A stretch of DNA of 64,000 bases from Acidimicrobiia bacterium (lineage in GTDB: Bacteria > Actinomycetota > Acidimicrobiia > Spongiisociales > ZC4RG35). Within the stretch, counting starts at the first letter, position 1. The number at the start of each line of letters is the position of its first letter. The position numbers and the translations under genes are program-made. The stretch lies in the NCBI GenBank assembly GCA_040880725.1, contig JBBDHV010000030.1, forward strand, positions 26,643 to 90,642, in the 5' to 3' direction. The notes beneath the pieces were generated by a model. That model was not told where the DNA came from, did not search any database, and worked only from the letters and a program-made list of their open reading frames with translations. Shown here piece by piece: positions 8,260 to 17,327 of this stretch.

Positions 8260-9681
8260 GTGCGCACATGGGAAACGGTTCAGTTTGCCGTCGTCGCCGT
8301 CGCTGTTCTCCTCCCGGTGGTGCTCGGCTACCGGCTGAAGCGGGGACGGCTGGCGGTCGTGCTTGCCGTGGCGATGGTCGCCCAACTGGTCATCGAGGGA
8401 TATCGCTGGCAGTTGCTGCCGCTCGAGGTCACCACTCTGGGCCTGGCCGTCACCGACGTTCTCCGCGAGGAGCGGCGCGTGCGCGGTGTGCAGCGGTTCC
8501 GACGCGGCGTGCTCGGTCCGGTGGGAGTCCTCGCGCTCGTGGTCCTGCCCATGGCGTTGCCGATACCTGAACTCCCCATCCCGACCGGGCCGTTCCCTGT
8601 CGGGACCCAGACGTTCGTGGTGATCGAAGAAGAACGACTCGAGGAGTACGGACTTCCGGAACAGGCGGAAGGCGAGGATCCGCCGGAACCCAGTGAACCC
8701 CGGCGGTTCGTCGTCCAGGCGTGGTACCCGGCCGCCGATGTGGAAGGGCTCGAACCGCTTCCCTGGAACCCCGACTTCGACGACTTCCGACCTGTTCTCG
8801 CTCGTCGTCTGGCGGTTCCGGGCTTCCTCCTGGGGCACCTCTCCGACCTCTCCTCGTCGAGCTACGACGGTCCCACTGCGGTGTCCGGCCGTCTCCCGGT
8901 GGTGATCTACTCGCACGGCTGGACCGGTTCTCGCACGCTCGCACTCCACCAACTGGAGTCGCTCGCCAGTCGCGGATTCATCGTGCTGGCCGCGGATCAC
9001 AGCTATGGATCGGTCGCATCGGTCTTTCCCAACGGCGAGGTCGTCGAGTACGACCCGCGCGCGCTTCCCGAGGACCTCGAGGCTGACTCCGAGGAATACC
9101 GCGCAGCTGCCGAACAGCTCGTTGAGACTTTCTCCGAAGACCTGATCTCGATCCTCGACGCCCTCGAAGCGGGTGCGAGCGGCCCGCTCTCGCGTCTGCG
9201 GGCCGACCCAGATCTGTCTCGCATCGGGATCTTCGGCCACTCCACAGGGGGCGGTGCCGCCGTCCGAACCTGCATCGAGGACACCCGCTGCGCGGCGGTG
9301 CTGGGCCTCGATGCCTGGGTCAATCCGATTCCCGACCGCGTCGTCGCGGTGGAACTCTCCCAGCCGAGCCTCTTCATGCGCTCGGACGGGTGGCGGGGCA
9401 CGCCGAATGACGGGCGTCTTCGTGGCTTGGCGGAACGCAGCGCGTTCGAGTCCTATTGGATCGGGATCGACGGGGCTGCGCACAACGACTTCTTGCTGAC
9501 TCCGGTCTTCTCGCCGGTCGCCGCCCGGCTGGGATTGAAGGGTCCGATCGACGCCGACCGGGTCATCCCGATCATCGACACGTACCTCACTGCCTTCTTT
9601 CAGCGCCACCTCATGGGAACGGGCGGGTCAGCCCTCGACGAATCGCCCCCCGCCGAGGTATCTCTCGAATTTCTTCCTTGA
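8260..9681 (+). CDS. Membrane-anchored alpha/beta hydrolase (PAF-acetylhydrolase/chlorophyllase-like)
   Basis: N-terminal TM helices with EGYRWQ; PTGPFPVG, YSHG, LASRGF, nucleophile GHSTGG, LDAW, His in GAAHND; start estimated. Confidence 0.88.
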   Translation: MRTWETVQFAVVAVAVLLPVVLGYRLKRGRLAVVLAVAMVAQLVIEGYRWQLLPLEVTTLGLAVTDVLREERRVRGVQRFRRGVLGPVGVLALVVLPMALPIPELPIPTGPFPVGTQTFVVIEEERLEEYGLPEQAEGEDPPEPSEPRRFVVQAWYPAADVEGLEPLPWNPDFDDFRPVLARRLAVPGFLLGHLSDLSSSSYDGPTAVSGRLPVVIYSHGWTGSRTLALHQLESLASRGFIVLAADHSYGSVASVFPNGEVVEYDPRALPEDLEADSEEYRAAAEQLVETFSEDLISILDALEAGASGPLSRLRADPDLSRIGIFGHSTGGGAAVRTCIEDTRCAAVLGLDAWVNPIPDRVVAVELSQPSLFMRSDGWRGTPNDGRLRGLAERSAFESYWIGIDGAAHNDFLLTPVFSPVAARLGLKGPIDADRVIPIIDTYLTAFFQRHLMGTGGSALDESPPAEVSLEFLP

Positions 9682-9711
9682 TTCGTGGTCGGATCGGCCG
9701 ACAGGACAACC

Positions 9712-10104
9712 ATGAACCCTCCCACAGGCAAGGTGGTGCTCCTGATCGAGGACCATCCTGCGATCCGACATCTGATCTCGGTAGTGCTCGAACGCCCGGA
9801 CATCCACATCGTGTTCGCCGCGGACGGACTGAGCGGGCTCGAAGCGATCGACGCCCACGAACCCGACCTGCTCCTACTCGACCTCCTGCTGCCCGACATC
9901 AGCGGGTGGGAGGTGCTGCAGTGGGTCAGGGCACGGAGGTCGGAGTCCGAACTCCCCGTTCTCATCGTCACCGCGTATGGGGGCGACGGGGACGAACACA
10001 AAGCCTTCGATCTCGGCGCGAACGGCTATCTCGCCAAGCCGTTCGACCCGGGAGCGCTGCGGGATGCCGTCACCGGGATGCTGGGCGGCTGTCCCGCCGT
10101 CTGA
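9712..10104 (+). CDS. Single-domain response regulator (CheY-like)
   Basis: LLIEDH, LLDLLLPD, TAY, YLAKPF. Confidence 0.9.
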   Translation: MNPPTGKVVLLIEDHPAIRHLISVVLERPDIHIVFAADGLSGLEAIDAHEPDLLLLDLLLPDISGWEVLQWVRARRSESELPVLIVTAYGGDGDEHKAFDLGANGYLAKPFDPGALRDAVTGMLGGCPAV

Positions 10105-10698
10105 TCAGTCCTCCGGGCTGGACTGCACGTCGCCGACGACCTGCTGTCCGGGGTCCTCGCCGCGCCTGATCGCATCGAGAGTCTGGCCGAGCAGCAGGGC
10201 GTTCGACTCGCCCTGGATCTTCCCGACGACCACGCCGTCGCCATCGATGAAGTACGTCTCGGGGACACCGAAGACGCCAAAGGAAATCGCCGCCCGCCCG
10301 TTCGGGTCATCGAGGTACAGGGTGCTGTCGCTGCGCCCCAGGTCGTCGAGAAACGCATTGGCGTCCGCCACGTCGTCCTGAAATGCCACTTGCACCACCC
10401 GGACGCCGGATCCGCTGAACCCGTCGGCCACCGCAACGAGGTCGTCGTGTTCGAGCCGGCACTCGAGGCACCAGGAGGCGAAGAAGTTGACGACGACGAT
10501 GGACCGGTCGCCCGTCGGAAGTTCCACCGTTCCGGAGCCGTCGAGCGCCGGGAGGGCGAACGTCGGAGCGGGACGTCCGATGAGTGGCGACGACACCAGG
10601 TTCGGGTCTCCGCCGAAGCGTGACGCCAACACCACGCTGAGGGCGACAGAGAAGATGACCACCGCCCACGCGGCGCGTCGGACCCATCGGGTGGTCAC
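10105..10698 (-). CDS. ccmG: CcmG/DsbE thiol:disulfide oxidoreductase
   Basis: TM anchor, SPLIGRPAP, NFFASWCLEC, GVPETYFID; last gene of ccm operon. Confidence 0.88.
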   Translation of the reverse strand: MTTRWVRRAAWAVVIFSVALSVVLASRFGGDPNLVSSPLIGRPAPTFALPALDGSGTVELPTGDRSIVVVNFFASWCLECRLEHDDLVAVADGFSGSGVRVVQVAFQDDVADANAFLDDLGRSDSTLYLDDPNGRAAISFGVFGVPETYFIDGDGVVVGKIQGESNALLLGQTLDAIRRGEDPGQQVVGDVQSSPED

Positions 10699-11471
10699 GC
10701 GCACGGCTCCCCGTTCGACGCCAAGGCGAGATCCGCTTCGACCTGGCTGCGGGTGACGGCGTCGAGTTGGTCCGAACCGAGTACCTGTTCGAAGAGCTCG
10801 GTGGCAGCCACAGCGTCGCCCGAGCCACACCACAGGATCTGGCCCTTGACGTAGATCGCCTCGGTGGATACGGGCGTGGCTTCGATCGCCCGGTCGATCA
10901 CCTGCAGCGCCAGGTCCACCTCACCGTTGCCGACGAAGGTGATCCAGGCGATCCGGGTCATCGTGGCAGTGAAGAGATCCGGGGGCGGGTCGCCGGCGAG
11001 GATCGCCTCGTAGTGACCGAACGCTCGTTGGAACTCGCCGCGTTCGAAGTACCGCTCGGCGAGCGCGAAGCGCATGAACGGGAGCTGGGCTGCGACTTGG
11101 GGGTCGTCGGCGTTGGCGGCGATCACCGCCTCCATCGTCTCGTCCGAGTAGTCCTCGGGATCGAAATCGCCGCCGCTCGCGATTCCCTGCAGCGCTCCCG
11201 ACGGCTCTTCCGCGGTGGATCCGAGAACGGCAATGGTGATGGCGAATCCGGTCACGAGAATGAGGGCGCCGCCGATCAGCCGCGGGCGAGAGCGGGACGC
11301 TGCCGCGGGTGCGGTGCTGGGCGACTCGGTTGCCAGGGCATCGAGTTCGGAGCGATACAGGCTGCGGAGTCGTTGGGCGGTCTCCTCGTCGATCTCGCCT
11401 GCGGCGACCTGCTGTTCGACGTCTTCGAGATCGAGGCGGACCTGCGCGATCTGTTCGGTGACGTCCGTCAT
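10695..11471 (-). CDS. CcmI/CycH-like TPR membrane protein
   Basis: L.D.E...AAGEID....LR..Y motif, TM helix, TPR-like helices; position in ccm operon. Confidence 0.75.
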   Translation of the reverse strand: MTDVTEQIAQVRLDLEDVEQQVAAGEIDEETAQRLRSLYRSELDALATESPSTAPAAASRSRPRLIGGALILVTGFAITIAVLGSTAEEPSGALQGIASGGDFDPEDYSDETMEAVIAANADDPQVAAQLPFMRFALAERYFERGEFQRAFGHYEAILAGDPPPDLFTATMTRIAWITFVGNGEVDLALQVIDRAIEATPVSTEAIYVKGQILWCGSGDAVAATELFEQVLGSDQLDAVTRSQVEADLALASNGEPCA

Positions 11472-11974
11472 CGTTCGACCTCTTCTGGCAGGTCCGCGTC
11501 CCGAACTGTGGGCTCAGGACCACCGCCACGGTGGTCTGGAACCCTGGGTTCGGGACCACCGCCACGGTGGTCGGGGGCCCACGGTTGGGGGCGGTGGCGG
11601 GTGCGGGAGAGGGCGGCGGTGATTCCGAGAGCGAGGGCGAGAGCCGGGATCAGCCAGAGAGCGGCGGTCTCCACGGTCAATGGGGGGTCGAGGAGTTGGG
11701 CGCCGCTGTACGAGGCGATCAACTCGTCGATGATCTGGTCGTCCGAGAGGCCCTCTGCGATCCTGGCGCGAACCAAGGCCATCATGTCTTCGGCGAGTGG
11801 TGCGGGGGAGTCGACGATCGCTTCGCCCTGGCAGGTCGGGCAGCGGATCAGCGCCCCGATTTCCCGGGCTCGGTCCTCATCCGGGGGGGCGGCCGTGACG
11901 GTGGCCACCACGATGAACGCGGCGAGAGCGATCGTCACCGCCACCCGGAGTCGTCCCAGCACCCCTTCAGGCAT
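11468..11974 (-). CDS. ccmH: CcmH cytochrome c biogenesis protein with repeat-derived C-tail
   Basis: IRCPTCQG..I.DS, G.SDDQI....Y, LW.IP; tail contains PDHRGGGPEP twice. Confidence 0.9.
   Translation of the reverse strand: MPEGVLGRLRVAVTIALAAFIVVATVTAAPPDEDRAREIGALIRCPTCQGEAIVDSPAPLAEDMMALVRARIAEGLSDDQIIDELIASYSGAQLLDPPLTVETAALWLIPALALALGITAALSRTRHRPQPWAPDHRGGGPEPRVPDHRGGGPEPTVRDADLPEEVER
11501..11590. repeat. 36-bp-period palindromic tandem repeat inside ccmH
   Basis: GGACCACCGCCACGGTGGTC occurs twice, 36 bp apart, with related spacers; homologous to 1941-1992. Confidence 0.88.
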
Positions 11975-13994
11975 GGATCTGCTGTTTTTGCGGTGCGTTG
12001 CGCCTGGCACGCAGCGAGATGAATCCGCCTGCCGCCGCCAGGATCCCTCCCAGCCACACGAGCCATTGCAGGGGCGAACTGTCCAACGAGACGATGATCT
12101 CCCGCGAGCCGGGATCGATCGTCCGCAACGTCGTGTAGAGGTCCCCGGCCGGAGTGGTGTGCACCGACGGGGTGATGATCGCCTGCGCGGAGTTGTCGTA
12201 TTGGGCGAGTCTGGGACGGAGCGTCGTCACCGGGTCGCCGTCACGCGCCACGTCGAGCCGAACACCGACGATCGTCCGGTTGGGCTCGTTGACCGTGAAC
12301 GGGGCGACGTAGGTGACTTCCCAGCCGTCGAACCGCACGACGTCGTCCGGCACCATCGTGACCTGATCGTGTACCGCGAGGTTCGACGCGAACGCGATGC
12401 CGAGCGCGAGCACCGCCACTCCGACATGGGACACCTGGCCGCCCCAGTATCCGGGGTCGCGGGCAAAGAGGCGGCGTCCCTCCGCCCACACGCCGGTCTC
12501 CCGCACCGATGCCGCGTGTCGTGCCTGGGCCCAGAAATGGTTCCCGATGACGGCGATCACGAAGGTGCAGAGCACCACCGCGATCACGACCCACCCGATG
12601 GTCGTCGTGGCAATCACGGTCACCGCACCCGCCGCGAGGGCGACTTGCAGAGGGCCGTGGATACGGGACCACACCAGATCCGGCCGGGCCACCCGCCACG
12701 GCATGACCGGACCCACCCCCATCCCCAGCAGCAGCGCAAAGCTCAGCGGCACCGCCAGTCGGTTGTAGAACGGCTCGCCAACCCGCACGGTTGAACCGGT
12801 GATCGCCTCGAGGAACAGCGGATAGACCGTTCCCACGAGGACCACGAAGGCGTACACCGTGAGGATCAGGTTGTTGTACAGGAACGAACCCTCCCGGCTG
12901 GACAGGGACTCCAGGCGGGACGGCTGGGCGACGTCATTGGCGCGCAGGGCGAAAAGACCGAACGAGACGATCAGCACGATGACGAGGAACGCAAGCAGGA
13001 CCGGTCCGATGGCGGACTGGGTGAACGAGTGGACCGAGGCGATGGTCCCCGAGCGGGTGAGGAACGTCCCGAGGATCGTCAGCGCGAAGGCGGAGATGAC
13101 GAGGACGAAGTTCCAGGACTGGAGCATGCCGCGGCGACGTTGCACGAGGGCGCTGTGGATGAAGGCCGTCGCCACGAGCCACGGCATGAACGAGGCGTTC
13201 TCCACGGGGTCCCACGCCCAGTATCCGCCCCACGACAGGACTTCGTAGGCCCACCATCCTCCGAGGACGATGCCGAGGGTGAGAAACGCCCAGGCGATGG
13301 TCGTCCACCGCTTGGACCGGTCGAGCCACGCAGGGCCCGAGATGCGCTGGGCGAGGGCGGACATGGCGTAGGCGAACGGGACGGTCAGACCGACGTAGCC
13401 GATGTAGAGCATCGGAGGGTGGATGGCCATGAGCAGATGGTTCTGCAGCAGCGGGTTGGGCCCGGCCCCATCGGCAGGGCTCACTGCACCGACGAGTGGG
13501 AGGGGGGACGAGTCCAGGCAACGGCTGACTCCTTCGGCGATGGCGGTGCACGTCTCGAACGGGTTGGACACGGTGACCATCAGCCCGAAGAAGAACACGC
13601 TCACCATCCCCATCACCGCAACCGCACCAGCTCCGAGTTTGTCGGGGGTGAGACCGTGATCGCGGGCGACCACCCAGGTGAACCCTGCCAACACGAGTCC
13701 CCACAGGACGATCGAACCTTCCAGTGCCGCCCACGCAGTGGCGACGTCGAAGGGGAAGGGCGTGGCGCTCGAATGGTTGTTGGCCAGATACGACAGGGTG
13801 AAGTCGTTCACCTGCAATCCGACCTGGAGGACACCCATCGCGGCGATCGACGCCCACAGCAGGATCCGCGCCGGGCGACGGAGGTCGGCTGCCACCTCCG
13901 GTGTCCGCGCCGTTCGTACCGCCTGTGCCGTCAGGACGACGGCAGCTCCGAGGGCCACGAGCATCGTGACGGTGCCCGCGAGGGCAAGCATCAA
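11967..13994 (-). CDS. ccmF: Cytochrome c synthetase CcmF
   Basis: NPLLQ..HPP, WWD domain WAYEVLSWGGYWAWDPVENAS, SVHSF, HVGV. Confidence 0.96.
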   Translation of the reverse strand: MMLALAGTVTMLVALGAAVVLTAQAVRTARTPEVAADLRRPARILLWASIAAMGVLQVGLQVNDFTLSYLANNHSSATPFPFDVATAWAALEGSIVLWGLVLAGFTWVVARDHGLTPDKLGAGAVAVMGMVSVFFFGLMVTVSNPFETCTAIAEGVSRCLDSSPLPLVGAVSPADGAGPNPLLQNHLLMAIHPPMLYIGYVGLTVPFAYAMSALAQRISGPAWLDRSKRWTTIAWAFLTLGIVLGGWWAYEVLSWGGYWAWDPVENASFMPWLVATAFIHSALVQRRRGMLQSWNFVLVISAFALTILGTFLTRSGTIASVHSFTQSAIGPVLLAFLVIVLIVSFGLFALRANDVAQPSRLESLSSREGSFLYNNLILTVYAFVVLVGTVYPLFLEAITGSTVRVGEPFYNRLAVPLSFALLLGMGVGPVMPWRVARPDLVWSRIHGPLQVALAAGAVTVIATTTIGWVVIAVVLCTFVIAVIGNHFWAQARHAASVRETGVWAEGRRLFARDPGYWGGQVSHVGVAVLALGIAFASNLAVHDQVTMVPDDVVRFDGWEVTYVAPFTVNEPNRTIVGVRLDVARDGDPVTTLRPRLAQYDNSAQAIITPSVHTTPAGDLYTTLRTIDPGSREIIVSLDSSPLQWLVWLGGILAAAGGFISLRARRNAPQKQQIHA

Positions 13995-14404
13995 CCCGGC
14001 TCCGACTCGGGGACGTTGCCGCTGGGAGGTGCCTCGTACTCGGCCTCATGGCGGATGAGCGCCTCGTCGGCCTCGAAGATGTCGCCGGACCACGCCCCTT
14101 CCAACAGCACCTCGACGTTCTCGCCGAACAGCGGTGGCGGCAGCGAGACCAGGCGGACGGTCACGGTTGCCCCACCGTCGGAGATGTCGAAGGTGGACTC
14201 ACCCCGCCCTTCCACCACGGAACCGGGAACGACGGTTCCGGCGATGCGAAAGCGCTGACTGTCCGGAAACTCGGCCTTGGCCTCGACGGCCTCGTTGGCG
14301 TAGAGGTAGTAAACCGACGCGTCTCCCGCCGCACGGACGAGAAAGACCGATGCCACGCCGATTCCGAGGATCGCCGGGACGAGAAACAGCCGGTAGTTGG
14401 TCAC
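13991..14404 (-). CDS. ccmE: Heme chaperone CcmE
   Basis: N-terminal TM, YY, R.AG.V.PGS, PP.F, HxxxY heme motif (HEAEY). Confidence 0.9.
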   Translation of the reverse strand: MTNYRLFLVPAILGIGVASVFLVRAAGDASVYYLYANEAVEAKAEFPDSQRFRIAGTVVPGSVVEGRGESTFDISDGGATVTVRLVSLPPPLFGENVEVLLEGAWSGDIFEADEALIRHEAEYEAPPSGNVPESEPG

Positions 14405-14520
14405 GGCCGGCGGTCAGTCGACTGATCGTGCTGACGGAGCCGGCGCCACAGCGTGACGGCGTACCCGACGATCAGTCCGTACGTGGCGAGATAGGCGGCC
14501 CAGATGTAACCCTGGCTCAC
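14401..14520 (-). CDS. ccmD: CcmD small membrane protein
   Basis: 39 aa MSQGYIWAAY..TM..RRLR between ccmC and ccmE with overlapping start/stop codons. Confidence 0.8.
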   Translation of the reverse strand: MSQGYIWAAYLATYGLIVGYAVTLWRRLRQHDQSTDRRP

Positions 14521-15233
14521 GACAGTCCCTCGAGATTCGGTTTGGCGACGGTACGGCCGGCGAGTTCGGTGTCGGCGACCGCAGCGATCTCTTCCACCCG
14601 TGCCAGGCGGACACGTTCGACCATCAGGTACAGGTACAGCAGCGTGAAAGCCGCGATGTTGGCGAGGAGTGCGACGACCATCGATCCGTCCATCGCGATG
14701 CCGTCCGGGCGGACGGTCATGCCCTGGTGGAGCGACCGCCACAACGTCACCGAGAAGTAGACCAGGGGGACCTGGACGACGGCAACGATTCCGAGGATGG
14801 CGCTGCGCCGAGCACGGGCGATCGGGTCGTTCACGGATCTGCGTAGTGCCAGATACCCGAGGTAGACGAAGAACATGAGCGCGGTCGAGGACATGCGGGG
14901 GTCACTCCAATCCCAGAACGTCCCCCACACGGGGTAGCCCCACAGCATTCCTGTGAAGAGCGACACGGCAGTGAACAAGACGCCGATCTCGGCGGATGCT
15001 TCGGCGATGCGGTCGAACGCCATGCGCTTGGTGAGCAGCCAACCCGCCGAGCCGAGCGCCGTGACGCCGAAAGCGAGAAACGCGAGCCACGACCCGGGGA
15101 CGTGGACGTACAGGATCCGCACGTAATCGCCTTGGAAGACGTCGGGCGATGAGGTGAACGCCAGCCACAATCCGGAGGCGATGGCGACCAGCGCCGCGGC
15201 TCCGAGGATCGCTCTGGGGATCGTACGGCTCAT
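14517..15233 (-). CDS. ccmC: Heme exporter CcmC
   Basis: RILYVHVP, WG.P.WGT.W.W.DPR, WRSLHQ. Confidence 0.95.
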   Translation of the reverse strand: MSRTIPRAILGAAALVAIASGLWLAFTSSPDVFQGDYVRILYVHVPGSWLAFLAFGVTALGSAGWLLTKRMAFDRIAEASAEIGVLFTAVSLFTGMLWGYPVWGTFWDWSDPRMSSTALMFFVYLGYLALRRSVNDPIARARRSAILGIVAVVQVPLVYFSVTLWRSLHQGMTVRPDGIAMDGSMVVALLANIAAFTLLYLYLMVERVRLARVEEIAAVADTELAGRTVAKPNLEGLS

Positions 15234-15904
15234 GTGTTCGACTCCTCCAATGCGCGTGCCGTCACCACGCCGGTGACGGCCAAAGCGAGGTCAGTGACCA
15301 CCAGTGTCAGCACCCACGGAAGGGTAGTTCGCCCCCGGACAACCGATTCCAGCGCCTGGGCCGCCCCCAGCAGCAGTGGGACCGAGACCGGGACGATCAG
15401 CAGCGGGGCGAGGGACGTGCGGGTGGCGAGGCCGGCAGTGACGTCGCCGGCAAGTGTCGACACCATGGCCAGGCCCAGCGCGAACAGCACGAGCACTCCC
15501 GCCATCGACCACGGCCGCGCGATCGGTTCGGGGTCATAGAAGAGCAATACCAGGGGGGCGGTCACCACGAGAACGACCAGCACCAACGCCGCAGCGGAGA
15601 GCACACGACCGGTGAAACGCGCCACAGGGTCGACTCCCAGAAGTGCGAGTTGCCGACGCTGGGAAGGGGTTTCCATCGCCGACTGTCGCAGCGCGACCTG
15701 CATGCCGAACAGCAACCCGACGAGCCAGTAGACGGGGAACGCCAGCGTGGCGAGCCGCACGTCGAGGGCGTCGGTGGCGAACGGGACGACGAAGACCGCC
15801 GCCGCGGCGAAGGGCACCACGACGGCGACCGTCTCACGAGACCGCCCCTCGACGATCAGATCGCGCCGCGCGATTGCCAGCGCCTGTGTCCAGAACCTGC
15901 TCAC
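15230..15904 (-). CDS. ccmB: Heme exporter permease CcmB
   Basis: ARRDL.VE.RSRE start, L.PLL..P..VP.L motif, about six TM helices; between ccmA and ccmC. Confidence 0.85.
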   Translation of the reverse strand: MSRFWTQALAIARRDLIVEGRSRETVAVVVPFAAAAVFVVPFATDALDVRLATLAFPVYWLVGLLFGMQVALRQSAMETPSQRRQLALLGVDPVARFTGRVLSAAALVLVVLVVTAPLVLLFYDPEPIARPWSMAGVLVLFALGLAMVSTLAGDVTAGLATRTSLAPLLIVPVSVPLLLGAAQALESVVRGRTTLPWVLTLVVTDLALAVTGVVTARALEESNT

Positions 15905-16536
15905 GGCGCCTCCGAGTCGAGGATGAGGACCTCGTCGCATTCCGCGCGGAGGCGTGCGGCGTCGTGGGAAACCATCACGACGGCACCGCCCCGGCGACAG
16001 GTGAGATCGGTGAGGGCGCCGACGATGGCGTCGGCGTCCTCGTCGAGGCCGGCATGTGCCTCGTCGAGGCAGAGCAGATCGGGTCGGCGCATCAGCAACG
16101 CCGCGAGGTCGGTACGCCTGCGCATGCCGTTCGAGGACAACCCGGCCCTGCGATGTCCGGCAGCGGCCAGCCCCACCCGGCCCAGCGCGTCGTCGGCCTC
16201 CTCGCGGGACAGCCCGGCGAGGTCGGCGGTGAGGTGAAGGTTCTCCTGCAGTGTGAGATCGTCGTACAGGGAAGGCTCGTGGCCCGACCACCCGATTCGA
16301 GGTCGAATGTTCCGCACACCGTCCGTCCCGAGTTCTGCCCCGAGCACCCGCCCCTGTCCGCCGGCAACCGGGACGAGTGTGGCGATCACGCCGAGCAGCG
16401 TGGTCTTGCCGACGCCGTTGCGGCCTCCCACACCGACGACCATGCCCGCCTCGACCTGCAGTCCCACGCCCGACAGCACGGTGGTCGGTCCGAAACGGAC
16501 GGAGACATCGTCGAGCATCACGATCGGACCAGGCAT
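15901..16536 (-). CDS. ccmA: Heme ABC exporter ATPase CcmA
   Basis: GRNGVGKTT, GH...LY.DLT..ENL, S.GMRRR, LDE. Confidence 0.88.
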   Translation of the reverse strand: MPGPIVMLDDVSVRFGPTTVLSGVGLQVEAGMVVGVGGRNGVGKTTLLGVIATLVPVAGGQGRVLGAELGTDGVRNIRPRIGWSGHEPSLYDDLTLQENLHLTADLAGLSREEADDALGRVGLAAAGHRRAGLSSNGMRRRTDLAALLMRRPDLLCLDEAHAGLDEDADAIVGALTDLTCRRGGAVVMVSHDAARLRAECDEVLILDSEAP

Positions 16537-16542
16537 CCGGCG

Positions 16543-16586
16543 AGTGTATGGCGCATGTCCCGGGGGGACAGAAACAGTTCCGAAAC
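16543..16586 (-). promoter_or_regulatory. Leaderless ccmA promoter with 11-bp-period direct repeat
   Basis: -10 TACACT 6 nt before the ATG; GTTTCGG-N4-GTTTCTG (16569-16586) at and above the -35 region. Confidence 0.5.
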
Positions 16587-16637
16587 CGTCGTGGGTTGAC
16601 GCAGTACCGGGACGTGTCGCCCCATACGATGTCGTGT

Positions 16638-17327
16638 GTGGCTACCCGATCCGACCGCATACTCGTCATCGACGACGAACCGAGAGTGCGCCAGGTGGTC
16701 GCCGCCTACCTCGAACGTGAGGGATTCCGGGTGGATCAGGCCGCCGACGCGTCCGAGGCACGGGCGCTGCTGGCAGGCCCGCCTCCCGACCTGGTGGTGT
16801 TGGACGTCATGTTTCCCGGCGCCTCCGGACTCGACCTCCTTGCCGAGCTGCGGTCGTCTTCGGATCTTCCGGTGATCCTGCTCACCGCCAGGGCCGAGGA
16901 GGCCGACCGGGTGACCGGCCTGGAGTTGGGAGCGGACGACTACGTGGTCAAGCCGTTCTCGCCGAGGGAACTCGTTGCCCGCGTCCGCGCGGTGCTGCGG
17001 CGCACCCGTCGCCGTCCCGAAGTCGGGCGCATCGAACACTCCGAACTCGTGATCGACGTTGCGGCACGGGAGGTGAGCGTTTCCGGCCGAGCCGTCGACC
17101 TGACCGCCAAGGAATTCGACCTCCTCGTCCACATGGCCGGGCGGCCCCGCGAGGTGTTCAGCCGCAACCAGCTCCTCGAGGACGTCTGGGACTCGTCGTC
17201 GGATTGGCAGGACCCCGCGACGGTGACCGTCCACATCCGCCGGCTCCGCACCAAGCTCGAACCCGACTCGACCGAGTCGCGGTGGCTCGAGACCGTGTGG
17301 GGCGTCGGATACCGGTTTCGACCGTGA
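16638..17327 (+). CDS. OmpR/PhoB-family response regulator
   Basis: LVIDDE, LDVMFP, GADDYVVKPFSPREL, TVTVHIRRLR, TVWGVGYRF. Confidence 0.95.
   Translation: MATRSDRILVIDDEPRVRQVVAAYLEREGFRVDQAADASEARALLAGPPPDLVVLDVMFPGASGLDLLAELRSSSDLPVILLTARAEEADRVTGLELGADDYVVKPFSPRELVARVRAVLRRTRRRPEVGRIEHSELVIDVAAREVSVSGRAVDLTAKEFDLLVHMAGRPREVFSRNQLLEDVWDSSSDWQDPATVTVHIRRLRTKLEPDSTESRWLETVWGVGYRFRP

Noticed and set aside
11501-11590. 36-bp repeat as a CRISPR array
   Set aside because: Only about 2.5 units, spacers are short and related, it lies inside a CDS, and there are no cas genes
10767-12794. Long antisense or alternate-frame ORFs (also 26761-28740, 27654-29381, 32365-33792, 50845-52509)
   Set aside because: Shadow ORFs expected in high-GC coding DNA; Arg/Pro/Gly-rich with no motifs
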